Part shown: positions 37,332 to 52,105 of the stretch, piece after piece
How the letters are laid out: each line of letters starts with the position of its first letter
How positions within the stretch are numbered: the stretch's first letter is position 1
From: Haliotis rufescens
Taxonomy: Eukaryota
Assembly (NCBI RefSeq): GCF_023055435.1
Contig: NW_025964383.1
Location: 17,236,001 to 17,300,000, forward strand
Direction of reading: 5' to 3'
DNA: 64,000 nt
Made by a program: the position numbers and the translations under genes
The notes under the pieces: generated by a model
The model's input: only the letters and a program-made list of their open reading frames with translations
Database searches by the model: none
What the model was told of the DNA's origin: nothing

Positions 37332-39260
37332 TTTCTAGGGCCTTCGGACACAACACTAGAATGCAGTCGGATGAAATACTACAGGAATTCAGTAGCGCCA
37401 AATTTGGATAATTGGAAAGTAGATGTGTTCGTTTTCACGGATTGAGATGAAGTGAAGGACTCCAGTCCGTGCAAAACATTCATACTGACCCTTAGTATAA
37501 ACATAGTAGTGAAGATTTATAGATCAAAGAGAGCATTTTCGAAGCCAGTGGCGAGATCAAAGCTACACTGCAACTTCATTAGGCTTTGATCCGAAAGGAA
37601 TCTCACTGTCCACTTGAGAAACCAATCAACTTCTTGTCAAAACAAGTTTCCGTATAAAGGGAGAGGTCTGAGAAGAGTTCAACCAATCTAGTCCTGTTAT
37701 CTCCAGAGATTATCAATCATTGTTAATTGATTAAATCGGGATTGATCAAACGGCGCAGTACGTTGTGTTACTTAAAAATCCGATGTGGTTACTTTCGCAT
37801 CCACAGAAACCAAGTCACAGAAACTTCTATCAGCTTGGAAATCGTGTGATGCTTCTCTGAACGTTTAGTTTCAATTAAAAAACCCGAGAAAACCATGTCC
37901 ACAATCCTAAGAAATCCTTACTCTGGTAGGCAAAGGCAAAGTGAATAAATGTACAGTCAAATCTTGAACTTATTGTACACATCTGTTTGAGGTCGTAAAT
38001 GCTATGATAATCTGACCATTTTCCCAACCCGTCTTACATGATCGAAATACAGCACGTATGTTTTGAAGCATTTCAAATACTATTTTTTATGAATACCATC
38101 ATCATGGTATAATTGAAGCAGCTCATTTGGCTTAAGTATCTGGATATTAACCATCTTAGAAGCTTTTGGATGGACGTCGGCTACTTAAAAGGTTACTATA
38201 TAAATAAATAAATAGGCATGTACAATTAAGTTTATGTGTGTTAAATGATCTAGAGACATTATCTTCAGTGTATAACTGTCATGTTTTTGGGAGAATTACA
38301 AAGCACGGTGTCATGATTTATATCTTTGAATACAGAATGCTGTTAAAGCACATAATCGAAATTGGAGTATGTTGCTAGATAAACATAAGCACGTTGTTAG
38401 CATTGTTTTTGAAAGATGCCCACTGTTTCATGTCAGGATATTCTGATCTTTACTTTTTAGTGCTTTCAGCGGAATAGTATTCATCAAGTGCTGACTTGGA
38501 TCAGAAATGTTATTTGGCCTGTGTTGATGTCAATGTTTCAATTTCCTTTTGTTTTCCATGCTGTGTACATTGACAATTTTTAACATGCATGACTCTCTCC
38601 TTAAGCACTTGGGCATGTACATTTCAAAAGGAAAGAGAAACAATTAAATGCTCTGATAATATGAAATACAACCTGACATATATATCTCGCAGATCAATAT
38701 CATATGGGGTTGTGGTTCGTCTGTCTAAATCCTTTTGCTATAGGATCGGAATGGATACGGAAAACGAATTGCAACGTTCCAAACTGTATTTAATGTTATG
38801 GTGCAACCATTACATTGGAATCTCTTCTTCTCCATCATACCTAATGTCCAAATGTGTTTCATTTCAATTGATCTTATATTCAATAGTCTGTATCTTTTTC
38901 CTATTTCAAAGAATAGATTAAGGACGATATCTGCGAATGATTGCCATACTCAGAACCAAGTAAAATGATCGAAGGCTTGGTATTGTGAGATACCATCTCA
39001 AATTAACCTTTTCTCTCTCTCACAAACTTTCTATACGAATGATGTCTTCAAGATGTCGTGAGCGTGTCAGCAAATGATCAAGATTATAATATCGACTTCA
39101 TTATTTATTTCCTCAGCATATTCATCAACAAACAAATGTGGTTTACAATATAATAGGATGCCCTTTGCACACTGTCAGGCAACATTTGTGTACAATAACA
39201 AAAAATGAATAACAAGGTAAATGCAGCACTAGTTGATGTGGATGGGACTTGTGATTTCCC

Positions 39261-39882
39261 TTAGGCGTTTCTATGAAGTGCACTGTCGTCTACAGACAAA
39301 GCTCGACTGAGAGTCGTCATATCGTAGCTGCTGTCGTTGCTGTATAGGTCTCCCTGGTCTTCGTCGTCCTCACTATATGAGCTGTCGGACAAGAGTTCCG
39401 TGAAGGAAGCTTCATCATCATTGAAAGAGGTATCTGCATTCCAGTCCGCCTCCGAATCACTCTCTGCAGAAGCATCTTTGGTGATGGCGTTTACACAGGC
39501 TTGCACCTCTTGCCACTTGAGTTGTCTGTAGATGGTAAACATCTCCTTGACACCTTCCAGCACCCATCGTCTCTGGATCAGCTGTTCACCTCGGATTATG
39601 CAGTTGTTGGAGGAGTTGGCTGTCATCTTCCGCATCAGATGGTAGACTTGGGTATCTGAAAACAATAAAACGGGTAATTAGAAATCTCGCTAAATGTGTT
39701 CACAACAATGTCATTTTATTTTGTTCAATTCTAAAATTCAGTGTGATACCAATATTGCCATGTTTGCAGGGGACTGAAAAAGAGCACAGTTCATATTTAC
39801 CTAATGTCAGGATCTCTTTCACTGCATTGTCGTGGGCAATAAGGAGACGTCTCAGCTTGATGGCAACTTGAACTGGATCCAT
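39261..39882 (-). CDS. Array gene copy 5 (exons 39882-39801, 39655-39261)
   Basis: As copy 1. Confidence 0.75.
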
Positions 39883-41810
39883 TTTCTAGGGCCTTCGGAC
39901 ACAACACTAGAATGCAGTCGGATGAAATACTACAGGAATTCAGTAGCGCCAAATTTGGATAATTGGAAAGTAGATGTGTTCGTTTTCACGGATTGAGATG
40001 AAGTGAAGGACTCCAGTCCGTGCAAAACATTTATACTGACCCTTAGTATAAACATAGTAGTGGAGATTTATAGATCAAAGAGAGCATTTTCGAAGCCAGT
40101 GGCGAGATCAAAGCTACACTGCAACTTCATTAGGCTTTGATCCGAAAGGAATCTCACTGTCCACTTGAGAAACCAATCAACTTCTTGTCAAAACAAGTTT
40201 CCGTATAAAGGGAGAGGTCTGAGAAGAGTTCAACCAATCTAGTCCTGTTATCTCCAGAGATTATCAATCATTGTTAATTGATTAAATCGGGATTGATCAA
40301 ACGGCGCAGTACGTTGTGATACTTAAAAATCCGATGTGGTTACTTTCGCATCCACAGAAACCAAGTCACAGAAACTTCTATCAGCTTGGAAATCGTGTGA
40401 TGCTTCTCTGAACGTTTAGTTTCAATTAAAAAACCCGAGAAAACCATGTCCACAATCCTAAGAAATCCTTACTCTGGTAGGCAAAGGCAAAGTGAATAAA
40501 TGTACAGTCAAATCTTGAACTTATTGTACACATCTGTTTGAGGTCGTAAATGCTATGATAATCGACCATTTTCCCAACCCGTCTTACATGATCGAAATAC
40601 AGCACGTATGTTTTGAAGCATTTCAAATACTATTTTTTATGAATACCATCATCATGGTATAATTGAAGCAGCTCATTTGGCTTAAGTATCTGGATATTAA
40701 CCATCTTAGAAGCTTTTGGATGGACGTCGGCTACTTAAAAGGTTACTATATAAATAAATAAATAGGCATGTACAATTAAGTTTATGTGTGTTAAATGATC
40801 TAGAGACATTATCTTCAGTGTATAACTGTCATGTTTTTGGGAGAATTACAAAGCACGGTGTCATGATTTATATCTTTGAATACAGAATGCTGTTAAAGCA
40901 CATAATGGAAATTGGAGTATGTTGCTAGATAAACATAAGCACGTTGTTAGCATTGTTTTTGAAAGATGCCCACTGTTTCATGTCAGGATATTCTGATCTT
41001 TACTTTTTAGTGCTTTCAGCGGAATAGTATTCATCAAGTGCTGACTTGGATCAGAAATGTTATTTGGCCTGTGTTGATGTCAATGTTTCAATTTCCTTTT
41101 GTTTTCCATGCCGTGTACATTGACAATTTTTAACATGCATGACTCTCTCCTTAAGCACTTGGGCATGTACATTTCAAAAGGAAAGAGAAACAATTAAATG
41201 CTCTGATAATATGAAATACAACCTGACATATATATCTCGCAGATCAATATCATATGGGGTTGTGGTTCGTCTGTCTAAATCCTTTTGCTATAGGATCGGA
41301 ATGGATACGGAAAACGAATTGCAACGTTCCAAACTGTATTTAATGTTATGGTGCAACCATTACATTGGAATCTCTTCTTCTCCATCATACCTAATGTCCA
41401 AATGTGTTTCATTTCAATTGATCTTATATTCAATAGTCTGTATCTTTTTCCTATTTCAAAGAATAGATTAAGGACGATATCTGCGAATGATTGCCATACT
41501 CAGAACCAAGTAAAATGATCGAAGGCTTGGTATTGTGAGATACCATCTCAAATTAACCTTTTCTCTCTCTCACAAACTTTCTATACGAATGATGTCTTCA
41601 AGATGTCGTGAGCGTGTCAGCAAATGATCAAGATTATAATATCGACTTCATTATTTATTTCCTCAGCATATTCATCAACAAACAAATGTGGTTTACAATA
41701 TAATAGGATGCCCTTTGCACACTGTCAGGCAACATTTGTGTACAATAACAAAAAATGAATAACAAGGTAAATGCAGCACTAGTTGATGTGGATGGGACTT
41801 GTGATTTCCC

Positions 41811-42432
41811 TTAGGCGTTTCTATGAAGTGCACTGTCGTCTACAGACAAAGCTCGACTGAGAGTCGTCATATCGTAGCTGCTGTCGTTGCTGTATAGGTC
41901 TCCCTGGTCTTCGTCGTCCTCACTATATGAGCTGTCGGACAAGAGTTCCGTGAAGGAAGCTTCATCATCATTGAAAGAGGTATCTGCATTCCAGTCCGCC
42001 TCCGAATCACTCTCTGCAGAAGCATCTTTGGTGATGGCGTTTACACAGGCTTGCACCTCTTGCCACTTGAGTTGTCTGTAGATGGTAAACATCTCCTTGA
42101 CACCTTCCAGCACCCATCGTCTCTGGATCAGCTGTTCACCTCGGATTATGCAGTTGTTGGAGGAGTTGGCTGTCATCTTCCGCATCAGATGGTAGACTTG
42201 GGTATCTGAAAACAATAAAACGGGTAATTAGAAATCTCGCTAAATGTGTTCACAACAATGTCATTTTATTTTGTTCAATTCTAAAATTCAGTGTGATACC
42301 AATATTGCCATGTTTGCAGGGGACTGAAAAAGAGCACAGTTCATATTTACCTAATGTCAGGATCTCTTTCACTGCATTGTCGTGGGCAATAAGGAGACGT
42401 CTCAGCTTGATGGCAACTTGAACTGGATCCAT
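41811..42432 (-). CDS. Array gene copy 6 (exons 42432-42351, 42205-41811)
   Basis: As copy 1. Confidence 0.75.
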
Positions 42433-44301
42433 TTTCTAGGGCCTTCGGACACAACACTAGAATGCAGTCGGATGAAATACTACAGGAATTCAGTAGCGCC
42501 AAATTTGGATAATTGGAAAGTAGATGTGTTCGTTTTCACGGATTGAGATGAAGTGAAGGACTCCAGTCCGTGCAAAACATTTATACTGACCCTTAGTATA
42601 AACATAGTAGTGGAGATTTATAGATCAAAGAGAGCATTTTCGAAGCCAGTGGCGAGATCAAAGCTACACTGCAACTTCATTAGGCTTTGATCCGAAAGGA
42701 ATCTCACTGTCCACTTGAGAAACCAATCAACTTCTTGTCAAAACAAGTTTCCGTATAAAGGGAGAGGTCTGAGAAGAGTTCAACCAATCTAGTCCTGTTA
42801 TCTCCAGGGATTATCAATCATTGTTAATTGATTAAATCGGGATTGATCAAACGGCGCAGTACGTTGTGATACTTAAAAATCCGATGTGGTTACTTTCGCA
42901 TCCACAGAAACCAAGTCACAGAAACTTCTATCAGCTTGGAAATCGTGTGATGCTTCTCTGAACGTTTAGTTTCAATTAAAAAACCCGAGAAAACCATGTC
43001 CACAATCCTAAGAAATCCTTACTCTGGTAGGCAAAGGCAAAGTGAATAAATGTACAGTCAAATCTTGAACTTATTGTACACATCTGTTTGAGGTCGTAAA
43101 TGCTATGATAATCGACCATTTTCCCAACCCGTCTTACATGATCGAAATACAGCACGTATGTTTTGAAGCATTTCAAATACTATTTTTTATGAATACCATC
43201 ATCATGGTATAATTGAAGCAGCTCATTTGGCTTAAGTATCTGGATATTAACCATCTTAGAAGCTTTTGGATGGACGTCGGCTACTTAAAAGGTTACTATA
43301 TAAATAAATAAATAGGCATGTACAATAAAGTTTATGTGTGTTAAATGATCTAGAGACATCATCTTCAGTGTATAACTGTCATGTTTTTGGGAGAATTACA
43401 AAGCACGGTGTCATGATTTATATCTTTGAATACAGAATGCTGTTAAAGCACATGATGGAAATTGGAGTATGTTGCTAGATAAACATAAGCACGTTGTTAG
43501 CATTGTTTTTGAAAGATGCCCACTGTTTCATGTCAGGATATTCTGATCTTTACTTTTTAGTGCCTTTCAGGGGAATAGTATTCATCAAGTGCTGACTTGG
43601 ATCAGAAATGTTATTTGGCCTGTGTTGATGTCAATGTTTCAATTTCCTTTTGTTTTCCATGCTGTCTACATTGACAATTTTTAACATGCATGACTCTCTC
43701 CTTAAGCACTTGGGCATGTACATTTCAAAAGGAAAGAGAAACAATTAAATGCTCTGATAATATGAAATACAACATGACATATATATCTCGCAGATCAATA
43801 TCATATGGGGTTGTGGTTCGTCTGTCTAAATCCTTTTGCTATAGGATCGGAATGGATACGGAAAACGAATTGCAACGTTCCAAACTGTATTTAATGTTAT
43901 GGTGCAACCATTACATTGGAATCTCTTCTTCTCCATCATACCTAATGTCCAAATGTGTTTCATTTCAATTGATCTTATATTCAATAGTCTGTATCTTTTT
44001 CCTGTTTCAAAGAATAGATTAAGGACGATATCTGCGAATGATTGCCATACTCAGAACCAAGTAAAATGATCGAAGGCGAATGATGTCTTCAAGATGTCGT
44101 GAGCGTGTCAGCAAATGATCAAGATTATAATATCGACTTCATTATTTATTTCCTCAGCATATTCATCAACAAACAAATGTGGTTTACAATATAATAGGAT
44201 GCCCTTTGCACACTGTCAGGCAACATTTGTGTACAATAACAAAAAATGAATAACAAGGTAAATGCAGCACTAGTTGATGTGGATGGGACTTGTGATTTCC
44301 C

Positions 44302-44923
44302 TTAGGCGTTTCTATGAAGTGCACTGTCGTCTACAGACAAAGCTCGACTGAGAGTCGTCATATCGTAGCTGCTGTCGTTGCTGTATAGGTCTCCCTGGTC
44401 TTCGTCGTCCTCACTATATGAGCTGTCGGACAAGAGTTCCGTGAAGGAAGCTTCATCGTCATTGAAAGAGGTATCTGCATTCCAGTCCGCCTCCGAATCA
44501 CTCTCTGCAGAAGCATCTTTGGTGATGGCGTTTACACAGGCTTGCACCTCTTGCCACTTGAGTTGTCTGTAGATGGTAAACATCTCCTTGACACCTTCCA
44601 GCACCCATCGTCTCTGGATCAGCTGTTCACCTCGGATTATGCAGTTGTTGGAGGAGTTGGCTGTCATCTTCCGCATCAGATGGTAGACTTGGGTATCTGA
44701 AAACAATAAAACGGGTAATTAGAAATCTCGCTAAATGTGTTCACAACAATGTCATTTTATTTTGTTCAATTCTAAAATTCAGTGTGATACCAATATTGCC
44801 ATGTTTGCAGGGGACTGAAAAAGAGCACAGTTCATATTTACCTAATGTCAGGATCTCTTTCACTGCATTGTCGTGGGCAATAAGGAGACGTCTCAGCTTG
44901 ATGGCAACTTGAACTGGATCCAT
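44302..44923 (-). CDS. Array gene copy 7 (exons 44923-44842, 44696-44302); separated from its promoter by the LINE
   Basis: ORF intact; LINE at 45057-47176. Confidence 0.68.
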
Positions 44924-45056
44924 TTTCTAGGGCCTTCGGACACAACACTAGAATGCAGTCGGATGAAATACTACAGGAATTCAGTAGCGCCAAATTTGGA
45001 TAATTGGAAAGTAGATGTGTTCGTTTTCACGGATTGAGATGAAGTGAAGGACTCCA

Positions 45057-47176
45057 CTTACTTACTTACTTACTTTGGAGATTTAACGTGCGCTTTCCGA
45101 CTGATGCGTATTTCGCACACGGGCCCGGCCAGGCCATTTAATGTGTTTCCGAAAGGGGCGAAGGTGGTCTGTGCAACCCAAGAGGGGGGTTTTAGGGGTT
45201 GCTTATATAGAATTTGGGAATTTTGAGATTTGGAATAGATGCCGATGGGATTGGGGAGGAGAACTAAGGGAGCTGGGTATGGTGGATGTTTGTTTGTTTA
45301 TGTGATTTTGATTTGGTGAGTTATTGTGTTTTTAGATGCGTTTTATTAGTTCCGTTTTGATTAAGAATACGCCTAAGGCCTTGAAGTTTTCTAGTTTATT
45401 TTGTGGGTTTAGTATTGCTTCTAGAGTTAGAGCCTTGTTTAGATTGAGGGTGGTTTGTAATGCGGTTCGATGTGTTAGGTAGTGTGTGCAGTGGATGAGT
45501 GCGTGTTCTGGGGTTTCTGGTTGTTTGCAGTGCGGGCAGTTACCTGTAGTGTGTTTTTTAAATTTTTTTAGGTGGTTATTTAGGTTGGTGTGTCCTGTTT
45601 GGAGTTTAGTGATTACTCTGTCGATTTTTTTGGATGGATGGAGAATTTTTGGTTTGGTTAGTGGTTTGCTGAGCACTTTTTTGATTTGGCTATTTGAGTT
45701 TAGATATAGGTTATGCCATTTTTTGGTGATTTTTTGCTTGTTTACACTTTTAATTTCTGATTTTGAGATGGGTAAGTTTAAGCTTATTTCTGGGATTTTG
45801 AGGGATAGTTTAGCTGCTTTATCGGCGTTTTCATTACCGTATATTCCTACGTGGGCGGGTATCCACAAGAAGGTTATTTGTTTGCCTGCCTTAGTTAGGT
45901 CGTTGGAGCTTTTAAGTATTTGATTTATTAATTTAGGTCGGTTTTTGGTATTTTTGTTTTGGAGGGCTTGCAGTCCACTTAGGGAGTCGGTAAGTATTAG
46001 GATTTTTTTGTGGTTTTTGGATTCTTGATTATGGAGGGCTGAGGCCATGCCCATTAGTTCTGCCGTGAATATTGATTGGTTGTTTGGGAGTCGGAAGGAT
46101 TGTGTGGTTTTAGTTGGTTGTGGGGTATGGACTCCGAAACCTGTGTGTTTGGAGGTCGGATCTGAGGATCCGTCCGTGTAAATGTGACACCAATTTGGCC
46201 AATTTTCGTGTATGTATGCTAGTGTGGTAGTTTTAGCTATGTTTGGGTCGGTTTGTTTATTTATTTGGCTAGCTAGTGTTGTGTCTATTTTGGGTATTTT
46301 AAGTTTAGGGGTGAAGATATTTGATTGTTTGCAGTTTTGTTTAAGATTTTTAATTTGGTGTTCATTTAGGTAGTTTGTTATTCTTTGGGATATTGGGGTA
46401 AGTAAGGGGTGTTTACGAGCTAGAGCTTGGTTTTTGGGGCTGATGTTTTGGTTTATTAAGTTTTGGATGAGAGGGTTTGATTGGGACGCGGCCCAGAAAT
46501 TTAAGCTTAGCTGTTCCCTGCGTAGACTTAGTGGCATTTCTCCTGTTAAGGACTGAAGTGAGGTGTAGGAGGTGCCATGTTGGGTGCGTGTAATTAGTTT
46601 GAGAGCCTGATATTGTATTGAGTCAAGTTTTTTAGATAGAGGTGTTTAGGGTGTTGTGTATGGCGCAGCCGTAGTCTAGTTTTGATCTAATTAGTGATAT
46701 GTAGAGAGAGAGGAGGGTATCTTTGGATGCTCCCCAGTTAGAACCAGTTAGGCATCTTAGGGTGTTTAGGTCTTTACTGCATTTAGTTGTTAGGTTAGGT
46801 GAGATGTTCATCGAAAATAAGTCCTAAGAATTTGGTTTGTTTTTGAAATTTGATTGTTTGATTGTTTAGCTGGAGGATTGGGGAGGCGGGTTTCATGTTT
46901 TTATGTTTGAATACTATTCCTGTTGTTTTTTCTGAGTTAAGGGAGAAGCCCCATTTGTCAGCCCACTGTTGTATTTTATTAAGAGATTTTTGGAGTAAAT
47001 TTTGGACCATGTTCATGCTTTTAGTGCGGATCCAGATGGCTCCATCATCCGCGAATTTTGATGTGTTTACTTTAGGGGATAGGCCCTCGAATAGATCGTT
47101 TATCATTATATTGAAGAGGGTGGGGCTGAGGATACTGCCCTGTGGAGTACCATTTTCTAGGGGACATTGGTCCCGA
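45057..47176 (-). mobile_element. 5'-truncated non-LTR retrotransposon (I-group LINE: RT C-terminus, RNase H, CCHC)
   Basis: GTPQGSILSPTLF, KFADD, KFLGL, WGA..LL.LY..LIRSKLDYG; (TAAG)n 3' tail; perfect 12-bp TSD TGAAGGACTCCA at 45045-45056 and 47177-47188. Confidence 0.95.
45332..47160 (-). pseudogene. LINE ORF2 remnant; RNase H + zinc-knuckle part open at 45332-46537, frameshifts near 46795 and 46640
   Basis: IYTDGS, FTAELMG, ILTDSLS, WIPAHVGIYGNENADKAAK, CPHC...H...C. Confidence 0.9.
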
Positions 47177-48958
47177 TGAAGGACTCCAGTCCGTGCAAAA
47201 CATTTATACTGACCCTTAGTATAAACATAGTAGTGGAGATTTATAGATCAAAGAGAGCATTTTCGAAGCCAGTGGCGAGATCAAAGCTACACTGCAACTT
47301 CATTAGGCTTTGATCCGAAAGGAATCTCACTGTCCACTTGAGAAACCAATCAACTTCTTGTCAAAACAAGTTTCCGTATAAAGGGAGAGGTCTGAGAAGA
47401 GTTCAACCAATCTAGTCCTGTTATCTCCAGAGATTATCAATCATTGTTAATTGATTAAATCGGGATTGATCAAACGGCGCAGTACGTTGTGTTACTAAAA
47501 AATCCGATGTGGTTACTTTCGCATCCACAGAAACTTCTATCAGCTTGGAAATCGTGTGATGCTTCTCTGAACGTTTAGTTTCAATTAAAAAACCCGAGAA
47601 AACCATGTCCACAATCCTAAGAAATCCTTACTCTGGTAGGCAAAGGCAAAGTGAATAAATGTACAGTCAAATCTTGAACTTATTGTACACATCTGTTTGA
47701 GGTCGTGAATGCTATGATAATCTGACCATTTTCCCAACCCGTCTTACATGATCGAAATACAGCACGTATGTTTTGAAGCATTTCAAATACTATTTTTTAT
47801 GAATACCATCATCATGGTATAATTGAAGCAGCTCATTTGGCTTAAGTATCTGGATATTAACCATCTTAGAAGCTTTTGGATGGACGTCGGCTACTTAAAA
47901 GGTTACTATATAAATAAATAAATAGGCATGTACAATAAAGTTTATGTGTGTTAAATGATCTAGAGACATCATCTTCAGTGTATAACTGTCATGTTTTTGG
48001 GAGAATTACAAAGCACGGTGTCATGATTTATATCTTTGAATACAGAATGCTGTTAAAGCACATGATGGAAATTGGAGTATGTTGCTAGATAAACATAAGC
48101 ACGTTGTTAGCATTGTTTTTGAAAGATGCCCACTGTTTCATGTCAGGATATTCTGATCTTTACTTTTTAGTGCCTTTCAGGGGAATAGTATTCATCAAGT
48201 GCTGACTTGGATCAGAAATGTTATTTGGCCTGTGTTTCAATTTCCTTTTGTTTTCCATGCTGTGTACATTGACAATTTTTAACATGCATGAATCTCTCCT
48301 TAAGCACTTGGGCATGTACATTTCAAAAGGAAAGAGAAACAATTAAATGCTCTGATAATATGAAATACAACCTGACATATATATCTCGCAGATCAATATC
48401 ATATGGGGTTGTGGTTCGTCTGTCTAAATCCTTTTGCTATAGGATCGGAATGGATACGGAAAACGAATTGCAACGTTCCAAACTGTATTTAATGTTATGG
48501 TGCAACCATTACATTGGAATCTCTTCCTTACATCATACCTAATGTCCAAATGTGTTTCATTTCAATTGATCTTATATTCAATAGTCTGTATCTTTTTCCT
48601 ATTTCAAAGAATAGATTAAGGACGATATCTGCGAATGATTGCCATACTCAGAACCAAGTAAAATGATCGAAGGCTAGGTATTGTGAGATACCATCTCAAA
48701 TTAACCTTTTCTCTCTCTCACAAACTTTCTATACGAATGATGTCTTCAAGATGTCGTGAGCGTGTCAGCAAATGATCAATATTATAATATCGACTTCATT
48801 ATTTATTTCCTCAGCATATTCATCAACAAACAAATGTGGTTTACAATATAATAGGATGCCCTTTGCACACTGTCAGGCAACATTTGTGTACAATAACAAA
48901 AAATGAATAACAAGGTAAATGCAGCACTAGTTGATGTGGATGGGACTTGTGATTTCCC

Positions 48959-49580
48959 TTAGGCGTTTCTATGAAGTGCACTGTCGTCTACAGACAAAGC
49001 TCGACTGAGAGTCGTCATATCGTAGCTGCTGTCGTTGCTGTATAGGTCTCCCTGGTCTTCGTCGTCCTCACTATATGAGCTGTCGGACAAGAGTTCCGTG
49101 AAGGAAGCTTCATCATCATTGAAAGAGGTATCTGCATTCCAGTCCGCCTCCGAATCACTCTCTGCAGAAGCATCTTTGGTGATGGCGTTTACACAGGCTT
49201 GCACCTCTTGCCACTTGAGTTGTCTGTAGATGGTAAACATCTCCTTGACACCTTCCAGCACCCATCGTCTCTGGATCAGCTGTTCACCTCGGATTATGCA
49301 GTTGTTGGAGGAGTTGGCTGTCATCTTCCGCATCAGATGGTAGACTTGGGTATCTGAAAACAATAAAACGGGTAATTAGAAATCTCGCTAAATGTGTTCA
49401 CAACAATGTCATTTTATTTTGTTCAATTCTAAAATTCAGTGTGATACCAATATTGCCATGTTTGCAGGGGACTGAAAAAGAGCACAGTTCATATTTACCT
49501 AATGTCAGGATCTCTTTCACTGCATTGTCGTGGGCAATAAGGAGACGTCTCAGCTTGATGGCAACTTGAACTGGATCCAT
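48959..49580 (-). CDS. Array gene copy 8 (exons 49580-49499, 49353-48959)
   Basis: As copy 1. Confidence 0.75.
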
Positions 49581-51483
49581 TTTCTAGGGCCTTCGGACAC
49601 AACACTAGAATGCAGTCGGATGAAATACTACAGGAATTCAGTAGCGCCAAATTTGGATAATTGGAAAGTAGACGTGTTGGTTTTCACGGATTGAGATGAA
49701 GTGAAGGACTCCAGTCCGTGCAAAACATTTATACTGACCCTTAGTATAAACATAGTAGTGGAGATTTATAGATCAAAGAGAGCATTTTCGAAGCCAGTGG
49801 CGAGATCAAAGCTACACTGCAACTTCATTAGGCTTTGATCCGAAAGGAATCTCACTGTCCACTTGAGAAACCAATCAACTTCTTGTCAAAACAAGTTTCC
49901 GTATAAAGGGAGAGGTCTGAGAAGAGTTCAACCAATCTAGTCCTGTTATCTCCAGGGATTATCAATCATTGTTAATTGATTAAATCGGGATTGATCAAAC
50001 GGCGCAGTACGTTGTGATACTTAAAAATCCGATGTGGTTACTTTCGCATCCACAGAAACCAAGTCACAGAAACTTCTATCAGCTTGGAAATCGTGTGATG
50101 CTTCTCTGAACGTTTAGTTTCAATTAAAAAACCCGAGAAAACCATGTCCACAATCCTAAGAAATCCTTACTCTGGTAGGCAAAGGCAAAGTGAATAAATG
50201 TACAGTCAAATCTTGAACTTGTTGTACACATCTGTTTGAGGTCGTAAATGCTATGATAATCGACCATTTTCCCAACCCGTCTTACATGATCGAAATACAG
50301 CACGTATGTTTTGAAGCATTTCAAATACTATTTTTTATGAATACCATCATCATGGTATAATTAAAGCAGCTCATTTGGCTTAAGTATCTGGATATTAACC
50401 ATCTTAGAAGCTTTTGGATGGACGTCGGCTACTTAAAAGGTTACTATATAAATAAATAAATAGGCATGTACAATAAAGTTTATGTGTGTTAAATGATCTA
50501 GAGACATCATCTTCAGTGTATAACTGTCATGTTTTTGGGAGAATTACAAAGCACGGTGTCATGATTTATATCTTTGAATACAGAATGCTGTTAAAGCACA
50601 TGATGGAAATTGGAGTATGTTGCTAGATAAACATAAGCACGTTGTTAGCATTGTTTTTGAAAGATGCCCACTGTTTCATGTCAGGATATTCTGATCTTTA
50701 CTTTTTAGTGCCTTTCAGGGGAATAGTATTCATCAAGTGCTGACTTGGATCAGAAATGTTATTTGGCCTGTGTTGATGTCAATGTTTCAATTTCCTTTTG
50801 TTTTCCATGCTGTCTACATTGACAATTTTTAACATGCATGTACATTTCAAAAGGAAAGAGAAACAATTAAATGCTCTGATAATATGAAATACAACATGAC
50901 ATATATATCTCGCAGATCAATATCATATGGGGTTGTGGTTCGTCTGTCTAAATCCTTTTGCTATAGGATTGGAATGGATACGGAAAACGAATTGCAACGT
51001 TCCAAACTGTATTTAATGTTATGGTGCAACCATTACATTGGAATCTCTTCTTCTCCATCATACCTAATGTCCAAATGTGTTTCATTTCAATTGATCTTAT
51101 ATTCAATAGTCTGTATCTTTTTCCTATTTCAAAGAATAGATTAAGGACGATATCTGCGAATGATTGCCATACTCAGAACCAAGTAAAATGATCGAAGGCT
51201 TGGTATTGTGAGATACCATCTCAAATTAACCTTTTCTCTCTCTCACAAACTTTCTATACGAATGATGTCTTCAAGATGTCGTGAGCGTGTCAGCAAATGA
51301 TCAAGATTATAATATCGACTTCATTATTTATTTCCTCAGCATATTCATCAACAAACAAATGTGGTTTACAATATAATAGGATGCCCTTTGCACACTGTCA
51401 GGCAACATTTGTGTACAATAACAAAAAATGAATAACAAGGTAAATGCAGCACTAGTTGATGTGGATGGGACTTGTGATTTCCC

Positions 51484-52105
51484 TTAGGCGTTTCTATGAA
51501 GTGCACTGTCGTCTACAGACAAAGCTCGACTGAGAGTCGTCATATCGTAGCTGCTGTCGTTGCTGTATAGGTCTCCCTGGTCTTCGTCGTCCTCACTATA
51601 TGAGCTGTCGGACAAGAGTTCCGTGAAGGAAGCTTCATCATCATTGAAAGAGGTATCTGCATTCCAGTCCGCCTCCGAATCACTCTCTGCAGAAGCATCT
51701 TTGGTGATGGCGTTTACACAGGCTTGCACCTCTTGCCACTTGAGTTGTCTGTAGATGGTAAACATCTCCTTGACACCTTCCAGCACCCATCGTCTCTGGA
51801 TCAGCTGTTCACCTCGGATTATGCAGTTGTTGGAGGAGTTGGCTGTCATCTTCCGCATCAGATGGTAGACTTGGGTATCTGAAAACAATAAAACGGGTAA
51901 TTAGAAATCTCGCTAAATGTGTTCACAACAATGTCATTTTATTTTGTTCAATTCTAAAATTCAGTGTGATACCAATATTGCCATGTTTGCAGGGGACTGA
52001 AAAAGAGCACAGTTCATATTTACCTAATGTCAGGATCTCTTTCACTGCATTGTCGTGGGCAATAAGGAGACGTCTCAGCTTGATGGCAACTTGAACTGGA
52101 TCCAT
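51484..52105 (-). CDS. Array gene copy 9 (exons 52105-52024, 51878-51484)
   Basis: As copy 1. Confidence 0.75.

Noticed and set aside
45486-45923. 145-aa and 105-aa plus-strand ORFs in the LINE
   Set aside because: Antisense shadows of ORF2
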